NCBI GenBank assembly: GCA_951406725.2
Contig: OX597831.1
Location: 67,766,001-67,830,000, forward strand
Reading direction: 5' to 3'
Source of the DNA: Octopus vulgaris
Lineage: Eukaryota
DNA: 64,000 nucleotides
Part shown: positions 53,095 through 64,000 of the stretch, one piece after another
Layout of the letters: each line of letters opens with the position of its first letter
Position numbering within the stretch: the stretch's first letter is position 1
The notes under the pieces: generated by a model
What the model was told of the DNA's origin: nothing
Databases searched by the model: none
Seen by the model: only the letters and a program-made list of their open reading frames with translations
Translations under genes and position numbers: made by a program

Positions 53095-53480
53095 AGCTCC
53101 GTATACCAGGAGCCAGCAAGTGTATGGGGTCATCAGGAGAGAATGCGCGCCGTTTCGGGGCCTACCTCTCGACGGCATCAATGCGCACCGGCCGCCCCTC
53201 ACTGATATGAGTCCCCGCTTGCTAGATTAGCTGGTTATCAAATAAAGCTCAATATCCTTCTAGCCATCGCTCATCGTCTCTTTTTAACCAAATCCAGTGG
53301 CTAGCCTTCTCCACTGTAGATTGGATATCAGTCATGGTGGTATTGATTTTATGATGAGTTAGGCCTAGTGATAACAACAGTCGTCTCACACTGTGTCCAA
53401 CGAACCCTCTACATCTGACTTCGATTGGAAAATGTTCCGCTTTCCAGCCTGCGTCTTCACATTCCTCAAGGAGGTTTACA
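53095..53480 (-). mobile_element. HERO/NeSL-like RLE-LINE 3' end
   Basis: LLEECEDAGW...FPIEVRCRGFV...EKASHWIWLKR, then a GC-rich 3' UTR. Confidence 0.75.
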
Positions 53481-54540
53481 TTAACACACATTAATTGTGA
53501 CTATCATTGTCAAAAGCTGATGATAATATAAGATCATTAACACAACAGAAAAGACAGAGGGAGGAAAACAATGAAATTGAAGATTAGAGATTGCCAATGT
53601 GTGCCTGCATCTTTGGCAATGTGTTGACAGATCCTGTTTTGAAATGATCTAAGATGTTTCCATGCGTTACAACAGTAATACTCCAGATATTAAAGCAGTG
53701 TAAGTATCACCATCTAGTAGGTCAGCAACTTATTTGGGCAGAAGTATTTTCTGATTCTGAAAATGATGTCTTTGAGATTTATTGCAAGAAAAACCATTGG
53801 AAAGTAGTTTATGTCAGCAATGAATAATATTTACAAGTTCTTCTGTTTATGAAGGCAGTGCAGCTGTAGTATGAGGTCTCTATGTTGTATGTGAATGACA
53901 TGTGCTATATACAGTTATTAAGGAGGGAAGAGTGGTATGATCTGCATAAGAGTGGGTTTTATGAAAGGGGACAGGCAAAGAAATAAGAATACAGATGATA
54001 TATTTGAACTTTATGGTACATCAGGGTTGATAGTGTGATGGCGTAATTTGGCCAAACACTTCCAATTGAAAGTATGAGATGGACGGGTGAGCAGTTTAGT
54101 TTGGAGTTTCTTCTGTTAGAAACGGCCAAAGACTTTTTCATGTCAAATGTTACTTTCTCAAAGGAAAGGTACTATTGATGAATAACATGTAGGAGCATGT
54201 CACATGTAAATCTGGTGTACATAACAGGGGTCTTGCCAAATGTGTGCAATGTTTTTTGCTGGATGCAAGATTATCAGAAACACTACTTATAGAGCTATCA
54301 TTTTTTCAGGATTGGCAAAGGATTAAATTGATCGATTACATTTTGGGAGCTGGGATTTGTTGGCTGTAGAAAGGCATATTTTGCAATAGTTGTTGAAAAT
54401 ATTAAAACTAATGCAAAAGAGAATGTTTTATTTTCATGTTCGAGGTTGTGTTAGTGTTCAATACTATTGCTGTGTGACTGCATGTAAATCACTTAGCAGT
54501 TTAGGGTTGTTGGCTTTGTTTGTGTAGGGATGTAAATAAG

Positions 54541-54700
54541 TGGAGTGGCTGTGTGGTAAGTAGCTTGCTAACCAACCACATGGTTCCGGGTTCAGTCCCA
54601 CTGCGCAGCACCTTGGGCAAGTGTCTTCAACTATAGCCTCAGGCCAACCAAAGCCTTGTGAGTGGATTTGGTAGATGGAAACTGAAAGAAGCCCGTCGTA

Positions 54701-54747
<47 letters not shown>

Positions 54748-54963
54748 ATATATGTGTATGTGTGTGTGTCTATGTTTGTCTCCCCAACATCGCTTGACAA
54801 CCGATGCTGGTGTGTTTACATCCCCATAACTTAGCGGTTCGGCAAAAGAGACCAATAGAATAAGTACTAGGCTTACAAAGAATAAGTCCTGAGGTCGATT
54901 TGCTCAACTAAAAGGCATGGCCACAGTCAAATGACTGAAGCAAATAAAAGAGTAAAAGAGTAA
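54541..54963 (+). mobile_element. SINE family A
   Basis: Near full-length match. Confidence 0.92.
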
Positions 54964-55434
54964 GTATGTTGGACAATCATTACTTTATTTGGAAACGTGT
55001 TTTGTTTTTATTTCTAAATGTATCAGTAACTACCAATTGTTTTAATATAATCAATACTAACCATTGCTTTAAAAAAAACTGTCAAAAGAAGCCTATTAAT
55101 AATTCTTTGTTCCCTCCTCCCGACACCTGTTTTATCTGCTATCATTCTCAATACCTGTCTCGCCTTCTCCACAGCTCCTACACGTTACACATTATTCTAC
55201 CACTTTCTGTTCTGTTGTCCTTCCTGAGTCACTCCCGTATCTTCAATCTCTGGATACGTCTCTGGAATAAAAAAAAAAAAGCTTAGCCCCTTAAATTTAT
55301 CTAGACCTTAATTTAAATTCATCTGAAACTTAATGATAATAAAATTAAAATTGATACTAAATGGTCAATATTGAGTAAGATAGCACAATGCCTCAAAGAA
55401 ACATAGTTTGTGTTTACTTGTAGTCCCCTATATT

Positions 55435-55815
55435 CTTTTCTATTCTAGGCACAAGGCCTGAAATTTTGGGGGAGGGAACCAGTATGCAACTGGTATTTAA
55501 TTTATCGACCCCCCAAATGGATGAAAGGCAAAGTTGACCTCGGCGGAATTTCAAATCAGAACGTAAAGACAAACGAAATACCTATTTCTTTACTGCCCAC
55601 AAGGAGCTAAATATAGAGGGGACAAACAAGGACAGACATAGGTATTAAGTCGATTACATCGACCCCAGTGCATAACTGGTACTTAATTTATCGACCCCGA
55701 AAGGATGAAAGGCAAAGTCGACCTCGGCGGAATTTGAACTCAGAACATAACAGCAGACGAAATACCGCCAAGCATTTCACCTGGCGTGCTAACATTTCTG
55801 CCAGCTCACCGCCTG
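55435..55815 (-). mobile_element. SINE family C: complete copy (55580-55815) plus adjacent partial copy
   Basis: The core ttatcgacccc...gaaaggcaaagt(c/t)gacctcggcggaattt is present twice. Confidence 0.85.
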
Positions 55816-56773
55816 TATAGTCCCATATATTGAACAAAAGAAACGACCCTACTTATTTAATAAAACTTTTAAATCCTTCACTTGAAAATAGATTAATGAT
55901 TAGAATACATTCGTATTCAAAATCTCATCTGTCATTTCTTGGTCCAATACTTTAAAATCACTTGTGTATTTAATAAGCAAGTATAATCAGATAGTTTGTT
56001 TAAATCTGTTTATTTAACTTAATATATATCTAACAATAAGATATTCCCTTCAATTTTCCCCAAGTTTCATTTTAACATTTCTCTATTATCTTAGTTTTCT
56101 CCACTGAGCTATTTTCTGGTTATCTTTCTGTTATTTTATTATACTATATCATATTTTAATGAAATCAGTTTAATAGCAATGTCAGCAGTTTTATTAATTG
56201 TAAGCTGAATATCTTACTATATAGAGATCAGTGGATAGTTCTCTTTCTTTAAATAGTTCAGGCTGTTCTATCTCTGTCTATGAATTACAGCATAATATAA
56301 ATAACTCCCTTCCTTACACAAATATTCAACATCTAGTATCAATTTTGAAATTATTAGTTAGATTATGGAATTTCAGCTTCCTTTTCCTGGTCAGATGTGC
56401 AAAACTTTGATGCCTACTTTGATAGAGAATTCCCTTCCATGTAACCAGTTTAGCACAGGCTAAATACATCATCATCATCATCATCATCACCACCACCACC
56501 ACCACCACCACCACCACCCTCCCCCCCCTCGTCGTCGTCGTCATTTAACACCTGGGTGAAGAGATAAAAAGATCTAACATTGGTTAGATTTTTAATCTCT
56601 CCATCCTGAAGATGGAGACCGAATCTACCCAATGTTTATATGCTTTCCTTACTGGCTGCATATTTTTGTGAACTACATCTGCCAACATCATGAAGTAACT
56701 TTGAGCCTCCAGAAACAGCTGGGTTCTCATTCCTAAGGTATTTTTCGATGTTGTTGTTATTCAATACTGTTCA

Positions 56774-57210
56774 AGGACAGTATTCAAGAGTAATACAACA
56801 CTTTGCAAATATCTCCTTCAAATAAAACCACCAATAGAAGAGAATATGACGAAAGACTGCGTGTACTCCATCCCATGCAACTGTGGTAGGTTATACAAAG
56901 GGGAAACATGCTGCCCCCTCAAAATAAGGGTAGAGGAATATCACAGAGCTGTGACATGAAGAGATATTGATAAATCGGGTATAGCTGATTGTGTATGGAA
57001 AGATGGAGACCACCTCCCCCCTGTGGGTTGAAGTTAAAATAATAGACAGAGAACACCACTGGAAAATATGAAAACTAAAAGCAGCAGCATATAGGCTAGG
57101 ACACAACAACCTCCTAAGCAGCCTGAGTGCAGATATGAGTAGCATATGGGAGCCAGTATTAAGGAAGGATAAGAAAATATTAGATTTATAAGCCCTAAAA
57201 TTCATTCCAT
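56774..57210 (+). pseudogene. Penelope/Poseidon-type GIY-YIG endonuclease fragment
   Basis: RTVFKSNTTL...CVYSIPCNCGRLYKGET...LKIRVEEY...KSGIAD...VKIIDRE, with stops. Confidence 0.8.
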
Positions 57211-57371
57211 TATTGCCCACGGGCATATGGCATAGTGGTTAAGAGTGCTGCATAATTCCTCATCACTTAAATATAGAACTGTGTTTTATTTTTGTTGTAA
57301 TTGTATAATTATTTTCCTTTCTTTTATAGCCAAAAGGCGTTTGTCCATTGTATATGTATAATTCTGTTTCA

Positions 57372-58156
57372 TAAGTGAAAATCAAAACAAATCAAAATAG
57401 ATGAACATCAATGGAATTTGTATCTTTGTGGTACACAAGAAAACCATCCGAACGTGGCCGTAGCCAGTACCGCATCGACTGGCCTCCGTGCTGTGGGCAC
57501 ATAACAAACACCATCCGATCGTGGCCGTTCGCCAGCCTCATCTGGCACCTGTGTCGGTGGCACATAAAAACACCATCCGAAGACCCGGCAAGACTAGTCA
57601 GGCCATAACCCGTGGCCCCTACCTGGGACGTAGTCAGTCCACCTGTGCATACCTTCCTTCTTGTGACACTTGTGAAGACCTGTTGAGGCAAGTGAAAATC
57701 AAAATCAAAATCAAAACAAATCAAAATAGATGAACATCAATGGAATTTGTATCTTTGTGGTACCAGTGCCGGTGGCACACAAGAAAACCATCCGAACGTG
57801 GCCGTAGCCAGTACTGCATCGACTGGCCTCCATGCTGTGGGCACATAACAAACACCATCCGATCGTGGCCGTTCGCCAGCCTCATCTGGCACCTGTGTCG
57901 GTGGCACATAAAAAACACCATCCGAGCGTGGCTGTTCGCCAGCCTCGTCTGGCACCTGTGTCGGTGGCACATAAAATCACCCACTACACTCTCGGAGTGG
58001 TTGGCGTTAGGAAGGGCATCCAGCTGTAGAAACACTGCCAGATCTGACTGGCCTGGTGCAGCAGCCTTCGGGCTTCCCAGACCCCAGTTGAACCGTCCAA
58101 CCCATGCTAGCATGGAAAGTGGACGTTAAATGATGATGATGATGATGATGATGATG
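57372..58156 (+). mobile_element. RTE LINE 3' region with internal duplication of about 200 bp
   Basis: 57372-57580 repeated at 57690-57925; RTE terminus and (GAT)n. Confidence 0.88.
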
Positions 58157-58589
58157 TTATGTTTGTCCGGTAGTTGAAAGACCCTTTCTGTTGTTTACTT
58201 ATTTCTTTTCGTATATGTACATTCATTTATCTTACCCAGAAGCTTAATGCTTTTAGCTCAAGTCCTTCACCCACCCAGTTTCAAGTAGTATTGGAGATAA
58301 CTGGGCGAAACTGCGAAGACATTCCAGACTGTGACTGAAGAAGCAATTGGCTGCGAATGATCTGTGTATCTTGTTTTCTCCTGTTTGCCGTTGTCGTGCT
58401 GTCCTTTTCCCCACATGTTGTGCTTTGCCGGTTTCTGTTTGTTGTGTTCTTTCTGTTCTACCTTTGATGTAAAGTCACAAATGACAGAGAAATAGTTTGA
58501 TGAAATTTTAATTAGCAATAAGAAAGTACAAACTTCATGACATCACTTAAGAACATGTAAATAGTTTATATAGGTACAGATGTACCTAT

Positions 58590-59200
58590 ATAGGTGCAGG
58601 AGTGGCTGTGTGGTAAGTAGCTTGCTTACCAACCACATGGTTCCGGGTTCAGTCCCATTGCGTGGCACCTTGGGCAAGTGTCTTCTACTATAGTCTTGGG
58701 CTGACAAAGCCTTGTGAGTGGATTTGGTGGACGGAAACTGAAAGAAGCCCGTCGTATATATGCATATATATATATATGTGCGTGTGTTTGTGTGTCTGTG
58801 TTTGTCCCCCTAGTATTGCTTGACAACCGATGCTGGTGTGTTTATGTCCCCGTCACTTAGCGGTTCGGCAAAAGAGACTGATAGAATAAGTACTGGGCTT
58901 ACAAGGAATAATTTCCGGGGTCGATTTGCCCGATTAAAGGTGGTGCTCCAGCATGGCTGCAGTCAAATGACTGAAACAAGTAAAAGAGAGAGTAGAGAGT
59001 ATGTGGCTGTATAGTAAGAAGTTTGCTTCCCAACCACATGGTTTCAGGTTCAGTCCCACTGCATTGGGCATGTAACTTCTATGATAACCTTGAGCAGACC
59101 AAAGCCTTGTGATTGCATTTGATAGATGGAAATTGAAAGAAGCACATTGCGTGTTTGTATATGCACATATATGTTCACGTACATGCACATGCGCATATAT
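58590..59200 (+). mobile_element. SINE family A (58590-58992) followed by an older 5' half (59001-59200)
   Basis: Sequence match to other copies. Confidence 0.88.
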
Positions 59201-59214
59201 ATATATATATTTAT

Positions 59215-59632
59215 ATATTCTTTTATTCTTTTACTTGTTTCAGTCCTTTGACTGCAGCCATGCTGGGGCACCACCTTTAGCTAAACAAATCGACCCCAGG
59301 ACTTATTTCTTGTAAGCCTAGTACTCTTTCAGTCTCTTTTGCCTAATTGCTAAATTATGGGGATGTAAACACGCCAATATCGGTGTCAAGCAATGATGGC
59401 GGGGGACAAACACAGACACACAAATACATACACACGCACACACACACATATATATATATATATACATGATGGGCTTCTTTCAGTTTCCTTCTACCAAATC
59501 CACTTACAAAGCTTTGGTTGGCCTGAGGCTATAGTAGAAGGCTATAGTACCCAAGGTTCCATGCAGTGGGACTGAACCTGGAACTATGAGTTTGGGAAGC
59601 AAGCTTCTTACCACACAGCCACTCCTGTGCCT
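59215..59632 (-). mobile_element. SINE family A
   Basis: Full-length, diverged copy. Confidence 0.9.
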
Positions 59633-59637
59633 AAAAT

Positions 59638-60836
59638 CAGTGTTTCAAATTATTAACAACGTAACATTTTTATTTACTTAAAAACTAGTTTTTGGAATTC
59701 AACAGAATCTCCACAGAATGATGGTAATAGTTATATGTACGTGGTGTGTAAAAAAACTCCTAACTTGGTGTCCATTCTTGTAAACTCATTGCTTTAAAAT
59801 ATTCCACAAGTATTCTATTGGGTTTAAGTTGGGGGAACAGGCAGGCCACTTCATCTTCGGAGATCCACAGAATCCTAATTGTTGTTGATACTCTGTAGTT
59901 TTCTTTGCTGAGTGCGAGGGCTCATTATCTTGCATGAATATTATGGTGATCCATTGCTTTTTAACCAAGGTTCAAGGTGCTCCCTCAGAAAGGCTGTGTA
60001 AGCATCTACAGACATTTTAGCACTGCCAGGCACCTTCCAAGGATCAATCATAATAATAATACTCTAATAATACCTGCCCAAATCATGATGCCTCTTCCCG
60101 TTGTTGGTGTCTTTATCCATTTACAACCCACCACTTGCTCTAACCATCAGTTCTATCAAGGGTGGTATGAGTTATAAACAAAACTTTTGAAAAGTCAACC
60201 TTCATGTTATCTTCTGCCCATTTCAGAAAATTTTGTATGTGTATTTTGTTTAAAGGAAGCTTTTTATCTGATGTCACCAGTTTACTGACCTTTTTCAGAA
60301 GACAATAGTGGGTAGTTCTAGACATAGTTGTTTTACCAAAGGGCTTGGAAAGTTCTTCACTTCTAAGACCTGTGTTATTTACAGCTTCATGCTTAATTCA
60401 TGACAGAGAACGTTGAGAAACAGTCCCTGACTGACCCTTGTCAGTTCTCTTACATATCTTTGTTGGAGCTGTAACAAGTTTTTTTCACAGTTTGGTGAAA
60501 GCTTCCAATTATTTTAGACATTTCTAATATTGATTTACCTTTTGCAAACTCAGAAGCAATAACAGATTTCTCTGAAACAGTTAAGTCACATTTACAACCC
60601 ATAATTACATGATTATCAGACCACTCGTTAATAATTTGGAACACTGGAAGTTTGTGGAAATCATGCAAAAGCCTGTGGTTTGCTTACACTTGCACAAAAC
60701 CTCACGTTTATCACACGCCACACATATAACAGTTGTCCACATTCTGGAAATTTTGTTGAGTTCCAGTGAGTAGTCTTTAAATAAAATATGTTGTTATAAA
60801 TTGAAATGCTGTTGTTAGTGATTTGAAATGCAGTGT
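59638..60836 (-). mobile_element. Decayed Tc1-superfamily DD37E (TRT-like) transposon
   Basis: MGCKCDLTVSEK...; FSKVLF...TLDRTDG; FMQDNE-(37 aa)-E ending WPACSPNLNPIE; degenerate long inverted ends (59638-59750 versus 60705-60812); right end ...gcagtg-TA. Confidence 0.82.
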
Positions 60837-60968
60837 ATATAAATATATACAACAGGCTTCTTTTGGTTAGTCCAAATACATTCGTCAAGGAATCTGATAA
60901 TGTTACCAATGTTGATGCTGAAGCCCTTTTTTCTGTGTTGTTGTCATTGTTGAGTAATTGTGGATAAT

Positions 60969-61381
60969 ACTCTCTCTCTTTTACTCTTTTACTTGTTTCA
61001 GTCATTTGACTTCGGCCATGCTGGAGCACCGTCTTTAATCGAGCAACTCGACCCCGGGACTTATTCTTTTGTAAGCCCAGTACTTATTCTATCGGTCTCT
61101 TTTGCCGAACCGCTAAGTAACGGGGACATAAACACACCAGCATCGGCTGTCAAGCAATGCCAGGGGGACAAACACAGACACACACACACACACACATATA
61201 TATATATGCATATATACGATGGGCTTCTTTCAGTTTCCGTCTACCAAATCCACTCACAAGGCTTTGGTCGGCCCGAGGCCATAGGAGAAGATACCCGCCC
61301 AAGGTGCTACGCAGTGGGACTGAACCCGGAACCATGTGGTTGGTAAACAAGCTAATTACCACACAGCCACTCCTGTGCCTA
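60969..61381 (-). mobile_element. SINE family A
   Basis: Full-length match to other copies. Confidence 0.92.
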
Positions 61382-61569
61382 CTTTAGTAAACATATAGCT
61401 GTAACAGAAGTGATCAAACACTTAAAATTAACCCAACCAAAAACTGACAATCTCTAGATATGCATATTAAAAAAAAAGGTTAACTTGTTAACTTTTGGTT
61501 ACACTTAGCATTTAATTTGTTTAATTTAATTAATTGGTCACTTCTTTATTGTAACCAAGTAGTTATAGA

Positions 61570-61760
61570 TAGAGAGGAGAATGCACGAAAAAAACAAAAT
61601 ACGAAGACAGGCGGTGTAGAAAGCAAACAGATGTATAACGCTCAGGAATTGAAAAAGTCTTTTATGTTTCGAGCCTATGCTCTTCCTCAGAAAGGAACAT
61701 AGAAAGAAACAAGGAGAGAAAAAAAATGTGTGTAGTGGCTACTGATCTATCATGGCGACT
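61570..61760 (-). mobile_element. Short PLE terminal repeat with minimal hammerhead at 61659-61694
   Basis: cttt-CTGAGGA-a-GAGC-atag-GCTC-GAAA-C-ATA-aaag; same family as 18815-18962. Confidence 0.7.
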
Positions 61761-62232
61761 GGATATGTTATGGATAGTTATGGATATAAGCTCATGATCA
61801 TAAGGTTGTGAATTTAATTTCTAGACCTTTTGGCATGTTGAGCTCTTGAACAAGACACTTCATTTTATGTTGCTCCAGTTTACTTGCCTCAAATTAGTAC
61901 CAGGAAAGTGCTGTTGCTGCTCTTTCTTGCTTCAGCTGTCATATCCTAAATGTTTATCGTAAGTGCTTAGTTGATTCAAGAGTGTGAAGGCTTAGACAGT
62001 GTTTGTGACTGAAAACAGCAGGAGCATAGTACTTGCTACCAGTCAAACTAATTGATGTGAGACAGCTAAGTGTTTTTTTGTTTTTTTGGTAATGTAAATC
62101 ATTTCAGTTTTGAAAATATATCATCCCAATTTTCAAGTGAGATGTTGATTCACATGTAGCAACTATAGATGGAAAACATTAAGCAACTTAACACAGCTCT
62201 TTCTCTCTCTCTCTCTTTTCCTCTCTCTCCCT

Positions 62233-62263
<31 letters not shown>

Positions 62264-62879
62264 TTACACTTTCCTGCTTCCCACTTGATATTTTCTAGCC
62301 AGTGTACATATTGAGTTTGTGTGTGTATATTTGTATGTTGTACATTTATTTCCCTTCATAAATCTGAATTGGAGACCCTGTTGCACCAGCGTTTCAATTA
62401 TAGAAGAAAAACTGATTTTCAAATACATACAAATAGTTCCAGAAAATATTTTAATGTATTTTAATGCTTTATATGAAAATTTTGGAACCAGATTAAGATT
62501 AATATTATTTTGAATTCATTTCAAATCTTAATTTCTCAGAGGTAAATAGGGTGACTGAACTTTTAACTGTGTCAGAAAAAAAGTTGATTCACCAACTTTC
62601 TAGTTGGATTAAAATTTTTTTAATGCTATTTCATCTGGGGATAAACTGCTGTAGATTTTATGTTTCGCTATTACATCTACTGAAAAGCACTCAAACATGC
62701 AAGTATGATTATATGCATGCAATAGCTCACTCTCACACACATGCAAATGCAAAATACATCTGCATGTGCACACATGGGACATAACAAATGCAAATACATG
62801 CATGCCCATGTGCACATGGTCACATGTCTGCAGCCCTATCCACTCATACGATCTCACATGCACAAATGCACATATGCAA

Positions 62880-64000
62880 AGGTAAGGACTCTTGAACACT
62901 ATTAGTCTTATAAATTCCAGTGATTATATTTAAATATATAAATAACTAGTCTACAACCCAGGTTGTAATATCTTCTAGTTCCTTTTAAGTGTTTGAATTT
63001 GATAATACTAGATTATATGGGATATTGACTTGATTGTATTTTGGGTGATATGAAAGTAAATATTGTTTTGAGTTTGTTCATTTATAACACATCTGTTTCA
63101 AACTAGTCTAAATCCATAGCTTATGTAAATTGTGTGTGCACAGCAAACAGTACAACTTATTTCTTATATGTCACTGAGATACCTACTAGCCTCGTGTCTT
63201 CCACCATCTTCCATTTTGTCCTTAATATTATCCAAACAACCTCACTTTGTAGTCTTCTTGTATCTTTTTTTACTGTAAGCTTGTCTTTGTATGATGTTAT
63301 TCTTGTGTAGTAGATTTAGTCTGTTGTCTAGTTTAGCACCATTATCTGGCCCTATGGTTGACTTAGCTGAGTTTATGCTGTTGCAAGCTTTCAAGCAGGT
63401 TTCTTGTCTGAGAATAGTTTTTTTTCTTTTCTTTTTGTGATTTTGTAGTCTTCTCAACAGCTTCTGTGTTAACACTTTCATTAGAATCTCTTTCTCTCTC
63501 TCTCACACTCACACACACACATACACGCGCATGCACACATGGGAAGATTTATACTGTAGCTTCAAAATACCATAATCCGTATTCAAAAATAGATTATCCT
63601 AATCAAATTATTTCGAAATAAAGATATCATATATTCAAAATACATTACTACTATAAAATTATTTTAAGATTAATTATTCTAAAGTACGTTTTCACATTTA
63701 AATTCTAGTTCCTTTTAAGGGTTTGGATTTGATAATACTAGATTGTATGGGATATTGACTTGATTGTATTTTGGGTGGTATGAAAGTAAATATTGTTTTG
63801 AGTTTGTTCATTTATAACACATCTATTTCAATCCTATTCTGCTTTTTTTATAACTAATATCTCTGAAAAGTACAATTTATCCTTGCTGTATTCCATAGTA
63901 TCCTGAAGGTTATGGTTAATGCCATTTGTGAGAATCTTAAGTTCAGTGAGTCTATCCAAACTGTCTTCGCATAGGATAAAGCAATCATCTAAGTACCTTT
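62880..64000 (-). pseudogene. Penelope-like (Neptune-type) reverse transcriptase fragment, rearranged; continues beyond the window end
   Basis: RYLDDCFIL (63998-63972)...TMEYSKDKL...IEIDV...TNSKQYLL..HPK..VNIPYNL; 63703-63831 is duplicated at 62972-63100. Confidence 0.82.

Noticed and set aside
55300-55900. Possible PLE endonuclease tail (KWSILSK...ILNKRN) around the SINE-C copies
   Set aside because: Too short and degraded to support.

Overview
AT-rich, repeat-dominated eukaryotic DNA with no recognisable host protein-coding gene. The SINE families, the microsatellite load and the LINE spectrum look like an Octopus (coleoid cephalopod) genome; that is an inference from repeat recognition. 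Contents: about 20 copies of one tRNA-derived SINE plus two other SINE families; a decayed RTE LINE and many RTE 3' ends; R4/Dong-like and HERO-like RLE-LINE fragments in (TAA)n tracts; a near-intact 5'-truncated CR1-group LINE ORF2; a full-length DD34D mariner; a decayed DD37E (TRT) Tc1-like element; a solo LTR; a non-autonomous Helitron; piggyBac- and hAT-type MITEs; and many Penelope-like element (PLE) remnants. Two observations stand out. (1) A Neptune-type PLE at 26.2-29.0 kb whose ORF N-terminus runs in the same net frame into a Ulp1/C48 (SUMO-protease-like) domain with His-Asp-Gln-Cys motifs. (2) About a dozen minimal type I hammerhead-ribozyme motifs in PLE terminal repeats, three with intact cores and several with 50-90 nt loop II insertions. 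All coordinates and translations were read by eye; boundaries of old repeats are approximate.
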